Shown here in pieces: positions 9,154 through 17,035 of a stretch of 42,838 nt of DNA. The position numbers and the translations under genes were made by a program. The notes below the pieces were generated by a model. It did not search any database, was not told the origin of the DNA, and was given only the letters and a program-made list of their open reading frames with translations. The stretch spans positions 1-42,838 of the forward strand of contig JBHLLO010000021.1 of the NCBI GenBank assembly GCA_048885535.1, given 5' to 3'. The DNA is from Candidatus Hermodarchaeota archaeon (GTDB lineage: Archaea > Asgardarchaeota > Lokiarchaeia > Sigyniarchaeales > SOKP01). How positions within the stretch are numbered: position 1 is the stretch's first letter; each line of letters begins with the position of its first letter.

Positions 9154-10461
9154 TTAAGCATCTGGATTTTCAATAAGGATAGCTATACCTTGGCCACCAC
9201 CAATGCAGGCATTAGCAATTCCGTATTTTGCATTCTTGTCTTTTAAAATTCGTGCCAAGGTTCCAGTAAGTCTAATCATTGTTGCTCCTAAAGGATGACC
9301 TATTGCTGTTGATCCTCCCATAACATTTACTTTTTCTTCAGGAATATTAAAAGCTTTCATGCAATTTAATGCTACTATGCAAAAAGCTTCATTAATTTCC
9401 CAGTAATCAATTTCATCAGCTGTTAATCCAGCATGGTTTAATGCCATCTGGCTAGCAGGAACGGGACCTCGACCCATAACGGTAGGATCGACTCCTGCCC
9501 AACCAAGAGATACAATTCGTGCCATTGGATTAATTCCTCTTTTCTCAGCTTCTTTAGCTTCCATTAAAACTGCAGCAGTAGCTCCAGCATTCAATGGAGA
9601 GGAATTACCAGGAGTTATTACACCTTGTTTTGTTCCCTCTCGTTCTTCATACCCTGCTCTACCTCCTAAATCTTCCCCATAAGCATTTTGTTTTAAGAAG
9701 AATGGATTTGAGATTCTAGGTAATGATGCAACTTTTTCAAGGACTGATTTTCTAGGGGCTTGATCCAAATCTATTACTATTTTCTCTTCTACATTTCCTT
9801 CTGCATGACCCTCAATGGGTAAAATCTCTCCTTTAAACCATCCTTCCTCTTGATATTTTACTGTTAAATTATGACTACGTGTTCCGAATTTATCCATGTC
9901 CATTTTTGTGATATATGGACTCTCTTCCTCGTAAAGTTTCTGAGCAGTTTGAAGCATATTTATAGTTGTTAAAAGATCGTATTGAGGACGATACCATTTA
10001 TCTTTTTTATTCATCATACCTAAATTTGGGCGAATCCAATCATTTTGCATTGGAATTCTTGTCATATGTTCAACTCCCAAGCCAAGAGCACACTTAGTAT
10101 AACCACTCATAATTTCCATAGCTAAGAACTGCAATCCTGCACCGGCACTTCCGCATTGCTTATCAACGAAGAATGCTGAAGTAGAGACTGGAAATTCTGC
10201 CATAAACAAAGGAAGTCTACCACCATAGGTCCAGCACTCAAAGACACCCATAGCAGTTCCAATCGAAGCTTCTTCTATATCAGCTTTCTCTATTCCCTTT
10301 TCAGCTAATGTTCCGTCAAAAAACTTCATTAATAATTGAGCAACTAATTCATCTCCCCTCTGGTCACCAAATACATCTCGTTCTGGCTGCTTAGGTCTAG
10401 ATCGTGAGAATGCAGTTCTCGCATAGTCGACTAACCACACTTCATTTACTTCTCTTACCAT
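9154..10461 (-). CDS. Thiolase (acetyl-CoA C-acyltransferase)
   Basis: Catalytic KQCGSA, EINEAF, GHPLGAT, CIGGGQG; TPGNSSPLNAGA. Confidence 0.95.
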   Translation of the reverse strand: MVREVNEVWLVDYARTAFSRSRPKQPERDVFGDQRGDELVAQLLMKFFDGTLAEKGIEKADIEEASIGTAMGVFECWTYGGRLPLFMAEFPVSTSAFFVDKQCGSAGAGLQFLAMEIMSGYTKCALGLGVEHMTRIPMQNDWIRPNLGMMNKKDKWYRPQYDLLTTINMLQTAQKLYEEESPYITKMDMDKFGTRSHNLTVKYQEEGWFKGEILPIEGHAEGNVEEKIVIDLDQAPRKSVLEKVASLPRISNPFFLKQNAYGEDLGGRAGYEEREGTKQGVITPGNSSPLNAGATAAVLMEAKEAEKRGINPMARIVSLGWAGVDPTVMGRGPVPASQMALNHAGLTADEIDYWEINEAFCIVALNCMKAFNIPEEKVNVMGGSTAIGHPLGATMIRLTGTLARILKDKNAKYGIANACIGGGQGIAILIENPDA

Positions 10462-10682
10462 TATTTAATATCCCTCTTAATTTATAATGATTTTAATATA
10501 ATATTTTAATTGATAAATGGAAAAATTCAAAAAGGATATTAAAGTTTTTGACAAACTTAGTTTTATAAAAGGTAAAAGAAATTAATCATTTTGACTGTTT
10601 TATTGAGAATTAAAGAATTTAAGAATCAATTTGTTAAGAAATTATTAGAATTGTTTAAATTTGTAGAATATTTAAATAAGAT

Positions 10683-11108
10683 ATGGTAAGTAAAAAGCAG
10701 AATATTAGCGAGAATCCATTAATTTCAATAATCGCAGGTAGTAACTCAGATAAGGAGGTTTATGAGAAAGCTGAAAAAGTGTTAAAAGAAAATGCTATCC
10801 CATATGATCTGAAGATTTTATCTGCACATAGAGATCCAGATAAATTGGATAATTATATTAAATCTTGTAAATCTTTAATATTTATTGCTGTTGCAGGACT
10901 ATCTGCTGCATTACCGGGAGTTATAGCTTCAAAGACAAACAAACCTGTTATTGGAGTTCCTGTTAGTGCAAAATTAGGAGGATTGGACGCGTTACTGTCT
11001 ATCGTACAAATGCCACCACGCATTCCAGTTGCTTGTGTAGGTATAGATAGAGGTGAAAATGCGGCTTATTTAGCTATAAGAATTTTAAATCTTTTAAATC
11101 AAGATTAA
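10683..11108 (+). CDS. purE: N5-CAIR mutase / AIR carboxylase
   Basis: [38 protein letters not shown]. Confidence 0.95.
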   Translation: MVSKKQNISENPLISIIAGSNSDKEVYEKAEKVLKENAIPYDLKILSAHRDPDKLDNYIKSCKSLIFIAVAGLSAALPGVIASKTNKPVIGVPVSAKLGGLDALLSIVQMPPRIPVACVGIDRGENAAYLAIRILNLLNQD

Positions 11109-11119
11109 GGATGATTTAT

Positions 11120-11827
11120 ATGAGTGCAGAATTAATAGAAGAAGGGAAGAAGAAAGCAGCGATAGAAGCAGTAAAAGATAACGTCGAAAAAGACATGATT
11201 CTTGGTATTGGGAGCGGATCAACAGTAGTTTACGCTCTAAAGGAAATTGCTACAAGAAATAAAAATGAACAATTAAATTTAAAATGCGTTCCATCATCAT
11301 TCCAATCATCTCAATTAATCATTGAAAATGGTTTACCTATGGTCTCCTTAAACCAATATCCTGAAATCGATTTAGATATAGATGGTGCAGATGAAATTGA
11401 TAGAGATCTAAATTTAATAAAAGGAGGAGGGGGATGTTTATTACAAGAAAAAATTTTAGCTTCAAATTCAAAGAAGCTAGTAATTATTGCAGATTTTAGA
11501 AAGAAATCGGAAAAATTAGGAGAGAATTGGAGAAAAGGAATACCAATTGAAGTTATTCCCATGGCTCATGTTACCGTGATGAAGAAATTAGAAAAATTGG
11601 GAGGAAAGTCAAAACTTAGAATAGCAAAAGCAAAAATGGGTCCTTTAATAACAGATAACGGCAATTTTATCATAGATGTTGATTTCGGTATAATCGAAAT
11701 TCCATCAAAATTAAATTCAGAATTATTAAACATTCCAGGAATAGTGGATACAGGTCTTTTTATAAATATGGTATCAAAAGTCTATATAGGACAAGAAGAT
11801 GGAACTGTTCTAATACTTCAAAAATAA
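11120..11827 (+). CDS. rpiA: Ribose-5-phosphate isomerase A
   Basis: GIGSGST, DGADE, KGGGG, EK, ITDNGN. Start placed at ATG 11120 behind SD-like AGGATGA; in an operon with purE. Confidence 0.95.
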   Translation: MSAELIEEGKKKAAIEAVKDNVEKDMILGIGSGSTVVYALKEIATRNKNEQLNLKCVPSSFQSSQLIIENGLPMVSLNQYPEIDLDIDGADEIDRDLNLIKGGGGCLLQEKILASNSKKLVIIADFRKKSEKLGENWRKGIPIEVIPMAHVTVMKKLEKLGGKSKLRIAKAKMGPLITDNGNFIIDVDFGIIEIPSKLNSELLNIPGIVDTGLFINMVSKVYIGQEDGTVLILQK

Positions 11828-11852
11828 GTAAAAAAAAATAAGAAGAATTCAT

Positions 11853-14800
11853 TTAATCTTTAAATTTTAATTGTTTTCCGCAATTTGGACAGTAATTTTT
11901 CAGAGTCATTATTTTAAAGCCACAATAAGGACAAAAGCTAAATGATGGTTGCTGATAAGTCGGTGCTGTTGTTGTATCTTCATAAGGGCTATAGTATTCT
12001 TCCGTGATTTTTTGTTGTCTTGACTTTTTCCTTTTTCTTAAAACGAGAAGTAGTATTGTTAAACTACTCACGATTACAATCGCTGCGATTACTAATCCTA
12101 ATATTAGGAAAAATGGTTGTTGTCCTGCACTGATGAGAAAGATAATAATGAAATCATTAGTGCCACCTTCACTATCATCAACAGAAATCATAATAATTGC
12201 TATATACCCTTCATTTGTATCTAAATCAAAATTTGTAACTGTTGATATTGATACTAATCCCCTTATTGTTGAATATTGAATAGTATAAGGAATTTCAAAT
12301 GTACCCTGATGGATATCAGATGATGATTGATAATTTAAAACGCTTACTGGAAATTTATTCGGAAATATGAATACAAGATAGTCATCCTCTGAAACAAGAC
12401 AAATGAATAAGTTAATTGAGACACGCATATTAGACATATTAGGATCTTCATAATTCACAGAATCATAAGCCTTCACTCTAAAATCTATAATACTTCCTTG
12501 ACTTGCTCTATATACATAAGATGTATCTAAAGTATAAGTATCTTCAAGTCTCGTTATTGCTGAACCATCAATGGAAAATGTTGAATTGAATTCATCTATT
12601 ATGGGGGCATGATTGAAAATAGAGGATATAAGTCGTTTTGAAAAGGGATTATAATAATTTGAACTTATATTTTTTGGTACAGTATATGCAAGTACTAGAC
12701 CTGCTGGATCACTACTAGTTGGAGTATAGCCTTTAGTATATGTAGTTGAAAAAGGAGGATTATTAAAGTTATTAAGAGTTCTATTTACAGTCTTTTTTGA
12801 ATTAAACAGAGAATAAGAATAGATTGCCATATATGCATCTACATCATAATTTGGTTTATTTAGTTGGGATAATATTGATAAGGAATCGAAACCATCTCTT
12901 AAAGTAGAACCAGAAATTGTTTGGAAGGATATTTGTGGATAACTATTACTATCATAATAGAGCACTTTTATCGTTTTAATGTAAACTTCTTGACCTAGAG
13001 TTAGATTTACGGTGATAGAATAAGGTGAATCACTTGGAAAAGGCAATGTAATGGAATAATTAGTTGAAAAGCCATCAAAGGGTGAAACCATATCTATTAT
13101 TTCAAAATAACCCGTGTTTTCAATAGAAGCTGTTAAATTTAAATTCAAGGAAGAAGAAGCGATTGGAATATTTAATATTTGATTTTGGACGTAAGCCGAT
13201 ATATTTACTTGAGGGGTCGAAGTTAATTCAGAACTTAAAGCTAAATTTATTGATATATCTTCTTGATAAAGAAAATAATTAATTATATTCTTTAATAAAT
13301 TCATATGATCTTGTTGATAGTCAGTTTCAGTGAAATAGTCAGTTAACCAATGTAAGTCACCAAAAGCAATGAATCTGCCCTTTCCAAAAGGATTTCCATC
13401 ATATGAAGCTGCGACAGTCTGACCACCAATTGATGCTATCGAATCTACATTTCCAGATGTAGTGAAAGTATTTCCATATGACCATATAAATTTGTCAACT
13501 CCATTAAATATCGGTATTGAATTTAAATCAGTGACGTTATTCGTATTTAAATATAATCCAATTCCTAACCATGTCTCATATATAATATTCTCTTCATTTA
13601 TTTGGAGATCAAGCTCAAGATTATCGAATAGTGCATTCAAATTTTCCGAACAAAGGTCTTGATATCTTGTTCCTAAGAAAAGTATATTACCTCCATTATT
13701 AAAATATTCTTTAAGAAAATTCATCTCTAATGGGTTGAAGGGTAAAATAGGATTCTGTAGAACAATCAAATCATATTTAGATAACTTTGATTCAGTCAAA
13801 AATGAATTATCAGTACCTTTATTATAATAGGGGGTCCAGAGTTCAGCCAAATAATCTACTGAAATATTAAGTTCTGAGAGAGAGTTCATCATTTCATAAA
13901 ATCTCATTTGGTAAAAAGAAATCTCTGGAAACCAGTCATTTAAACCGTGATATGATTCCATTAAAATCTTATAATCAGGTAATTTAACTTCAACTGAAAT
14001 AGTAATTGAATCATATAATGTAGATCCAGAAGTAACATTTAATTCAAACGACCTAATACCTGGCTGGGCATTCATTTTAATTTTAATATCAAGAGTTATA
14101 AAATTGAAACCAGTATCTGCGAATGTAACTTGAGACTTATCCAAGGAAACAGATAATCCATCAACATTTGATGGGACGTTTATGTCATATGTGTTTGCTA
14201 TACCTGAAAATAATGTCAGGTTGAATGATTGATAGTCACCTGGAAAATGAAGTAAGTCAAAAGGTTCTAATGGCACTTCATCTGGAAATAATATAGAGAT
14301 ATTATTAACATTTCCATATGTAAGATTAACTTGATTTAGATACTCTAACGATTTTGAAACATTAATGAGCCCAGCACCATATTTGAGGAAATTATGATCA
14401 GCGAACTTTGAAGCACCTTCCAATAATGCTATTCTTGCGGTCTCAGAGGTTATTGAGGGATATGCTTCTTTTATAATGGCGAGAGCACCAGCTACCATAG
14501 GACAAGACATACTAGTTCCACTTAGGGGAATATAATCTGAATCACCAATGTAATCAAAGAAATCTCCTAAGTAGCGCATTTCTTTGGAAATAACCGAATT
14601 AGGGGCCTCAGTCGCTATAATATCTACACCTGGAGCTACAACATCGGGATACCCTAAATATGAAAATGATGGACCCCAGCTACTAAAGGATGCCAAATTA
14701 TTAGAGCTATCTGTGGCGCCAACAGAGATTATATATGGTCCTGAAGCGGGTGAGCCACCAGTAAAATAATCTGGACCAGAATTGCCTGCAGAAGAGACTA

Positions 14801-15806
14801 GAATCACTCCATAATTACGAGCGGCATTTGTCATTGCTCTTGCTAAAGGATCACTAGCATTTGGATAACCTCCTCCAAAACTCATCGATATTATATCTGC
14901 TCCCGCACCTCCACTAATAACAGGAAGAACCGACCAATCAATCGCACTAATGATATCACCGTCTTCTAGCCCCTCAAGACCACCTGCTTTTGCATTAATT
15001 AATGAGACTCCAGGGGCGACCCCTCGATATATTCCATTTGAACTAGTTCCATCAGATCCTACAATTCCAGCAACATGGGTACCATGCCCATAAATATCAT
15101 CAACATAGAATGAACTTTCTCCAGAGATGAAATTTTGACTTAAAACTACATTCAAATCTGGATGTTCATAAATTCCGGTGTCTACTATAGCAACTCTTAC
15201 TCCAGAACCATCAAATGCAAGTCCATCAGCACCAATAGCGGGTATCCACCAATTAGGATAATCAACACTATTTAAGGCACTTGAGTGTGGAAGTTCAGTG
15301 GGTTGTATTGGATATGAATATACTTTTGATTTAAATATCTTTTTAATAGTACCAAGTTCTTCCAATAGTTCTGACTTTAATAATAACTCATTTGGATCGC
15401 ATGATAAATAAACTCCAGGGATTATATCATAATTATTGAGTATTTCAACGTTGTCTAATATTGAATTAATTGCATTTATTCTTTCAGATTTGTGAGTTGA
15501 ATCGTCAAATAAGACAATAACTTTAACATTTCTGCCGTCAACGTCTTTTAATTTAAGATTATTTAAATATCGTTTTAGATCATGATCGAATATTAGATTA
15601 TCGGCTTCTACATTTTGAATAGAGGAATCTGTATCTGATTGCAAACTTAAAGAAGAAATGACTTGATTTGGGTCAAATTGTAAGTCTTCAGCAGAACTAA
15701 GATTTTGACCAAAATAGACATTAATACCAAAAATAGGTGTCAAGACTGTGATTATAAGGGTTGCAACAATGAAGATTTTTTTTAGATTAATTAAATTTTT
15801 TTTCAT
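11853..15806 (-). CDS. Membrane-anchored S8 (subtilisin-like) serine peptidase with GATase1-like domain, C-terminal TM helix and zinc ribbon
   Basis: Signal/TM N-terminus; triad VAIVDTG, GHGTHVAG, SGTSMSCP; oxyanion SAGNSG; GATase-like YDLIVLQNP...NGGNILFLG...GRFIAFGD; TM LILGLVIAAIVIVSSLTILLLVL then RKRKK; CPYCG...CPNCG. Confidence 0.92.
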   Translation of the reverse strand: MKKNLINLKKIFIVATLIITVLTPIFGINVYFGQNLSSAEDLQFDPNQVISSLSLQSDTDSSIQNVEADNLIFDHDLKRYLNNLKLKDVDGRNVKVIVLFDDSTHKSERINAINSILDNVEILNNYDIIPGVYLSCDPNELLLKSELLEELGTIKKIFKSKVYSYPIQPTELPHSSALNSVDYPNWWIPAIGADGLAFDGSGVRVAIVDTGIYEHPDLNVVLSQNFISGESSFYVDDIYGHGTHVAGIVGSDGTSSNGIYRGVAPGVSLINAKAGGLEGLEDGDIISAIDWSVLPVISGGAGADIISMSFGGGYPNASDPLARAMTNAARNYGVILVSSAGNSGPDYFTGGSPASGPYIISVGATDSSNNLASFSSWGPSFSYLGYPDVVAPGVDIIATEAPNSVISKEMRYLGDFFDYIGDSDYIPLSGTSMSCPMVAGALAIIKEAYPSITSETARIALLEGASKFADHNFLKYGAGLINVSKSLEYLNQVNLTYGNVNNISILFPDEVPLEPFDLLHFPGDYQSFNLTLFSGIANTYDINVPSNVDGLSVSLDKSQVTFADTGFNFITLDIKIKMNAQPGIRSFELNVTSGSTLYDSITISVEVKLPDYKILMESYHGLNDWFPEISFYQMRFYEMMNSLSELNISVDYLAELWTPYYNKGTDNSFLTESKLSKYDLIVLQNPILPFNPLEMNFLKEYFNNGGNILFLGTRYQDLCSENLNALFDNLELDLQINEENIIYETWLGIGLYLNTNNVTDLNSIPIFNGVDKFIWSYGNTFTTSGNVDSIASIGGQTVAASYDGNPFGKGRFIAFGDLHWLTDYFTETDYQQDHMNLLKNIINYFLYQEDISINLALSSELTSTPQVNISAYVQNQILNIPIASSSLNLNLTASIENTGYFEIIDMVSPFDGFSTNYSITLPFPSDSPYSITVNLTLGQEVYIKTIKVLYYDSNSYPQISFQTISGSTLRDGFDSLSILSQLNKPNYDVDAYMAIYSYSLFNSKKTVNRTLNNFNNPPFSTTYTKGYTPTSSDPAGLVLAYTVPKNISSNYYNPFSKRLISSIFNHAPIIDEFNSTFSIDGSAITRLEDTYTLDTSYVYRASQGSIIDFRVKAYDSVNYEDPNMSNMRVSINLFICLVSEDDYLVFIFPNKFPVSVLNYQSSSDIHQGTFEIPYTIQYSTIRGLVSISTVTNFDLDTNEGYIAIIMISVDDSEGGTNDFIIIFLISAGQQPFFLILGLVIAAIVIVSSLTILLLVLRKRKKSRQQKITEEYYSPYEDTTTAPTYQQPSFSFCPYCGFKIMTLKNYCPNCGKQLKFKD

Positions 15807-15930
15807 AGGTATCAAATAATAAAATAGCTATATATTTATTTTTTTAATACTCTAAAAACCATAATTTTTTTTTAAGATTAATGATTTGTTTATCTTACTG
15901 TCGGCTTTTCTCAACAATTAAATGTTCCTT

Positions 15931-16035
15931 GGGGCTGTGGATTAGACTAGAGCCTTATTTAAGTCTTAGGATAACTGGAAGATCGTTCGCTTGGCATGCG
16001 AAAGGCCGGGGGTTCAATTCCCCCCAGCTCCACCA
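15931..16035 (+). tRNA. tRNA-Ala(GGC) with ~28-nt insertion (probable intron) in the D-loop; CCA encoded
   Basis: Acceptor GGGGCTG/CAGCTCC with the G3:U70 Ala determinant; D-stem GATT/GATC; anticodon arm TTCGC-TTGGCAT-GCGAA; T-arm GGGGG-TTCAATT-CCCCC; ACCA end. 105 nt versus 77 nt after removing 15947-15974. Confidence 0.93.
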
Positions 16036-16216
16036 TTATATTGTATAAAAATTAGCTAAATTGAAATAATCTATTCATAATTGTGTTATTTATGAATATC
16101 CCTTGATAATATCTCGGTATTAATAAATCTACATGAAATCGGTATTTCACGAAATTTAGATAAGTTCAATTTTCTGGGTGAATTTTTACTAGATATAATT
16201 TTTGAAGGTTTGGTAT

Positions 16217-16906
16217 ATGAAAAATGTGAGGGTAGGATTGCTTGGTGGAATGTCCTATGAATCTACTTTGAAATATTATCAACTTTTCTTGGAAAGATAT
16301 TATGATAAAGTGCGAAATTACTCATATCCGGAAGTCGTAATATTCAGTTTGAATTTTCAGAAAGTAATAGATTATGAACTTGGTAACAAGCCTAAAGAGT
16401 ATGTTGACTATTTAATGGAAGGAATAAATTCTCTACAAAATGCAGGTGTAAAATTTATTTTTATGGCAGCTAATTCTCCTCATGCGGTTTATGAGGACTT
16501 AAAAAAACAGACGAAAGTTCCAATTCTTAGTATAGTAACAGCAACAGCTGAAAGAGCAAGAAAAGAAAACATGAAAAAATTACTTTTATTAGGTATCAAA
16601 TTCACAATGCAATCTACATTTTATAAAGATGAGTTTGAGAAGTTTGGGATGGGAGTCATAACTCCATTAAATCATGAACAAGATGTAATAGATAAAATTA
16701 TATTCGATGAATTAGTTATTGGTTTTTTTAAACAAGAAAGTAAACAAAAATTATTAGGTATAATCAGAAAATATAAAGTAGATGGAGTAATTTTAGGGTG
16801 TACTGAGCTTCCACTGATATTGCAACAGAGAGATACCGTAATAAAATTATTAGATACAATGGACATTCATATTAACTATGCATTAGATTATTACATGTCA
16901 TTGTGA
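16217..16906 (+). CDS. Aspartate/glutamate racemase family protein
   Basis: GLLGGMSYEST, AANSPH, LLG..FTM, ILGCTELPL; ATG 16217 behind AAGGT. Confidence 0.88.
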   Translation: MKNVRVGLLGGMSYESTLKYYQLFLERYYDKVRNYSYPEVVIFSLNFQKVIDYELGNKPKEYVDYLMEGINSLQNAGVKFIFMAANSPHAVYEDLKKQTKVPILSIVTATAERARKENMKKLLLLGIKFTMQSTFYKDEFEKFGMGVITPLNHEQDVIDKIIFDELVIGFFKQESKQKLLGIIRKYKVDGVILGCTELPLILQQRDTVIKLLDTMDIHINYALDYYMSL

Positions 16907-17035
16907 CTCGATTTGAAGCCTTGATCGAATTAAAGATTTTCAAGTTAAGCGTGATATTTTAAAAAGTTTTTGGTTTGAAAGGTTTTTTTAATTCTTAAAG
17001 GTTATTTATTATAATAAATAGAAGGGTTTTAGCTT

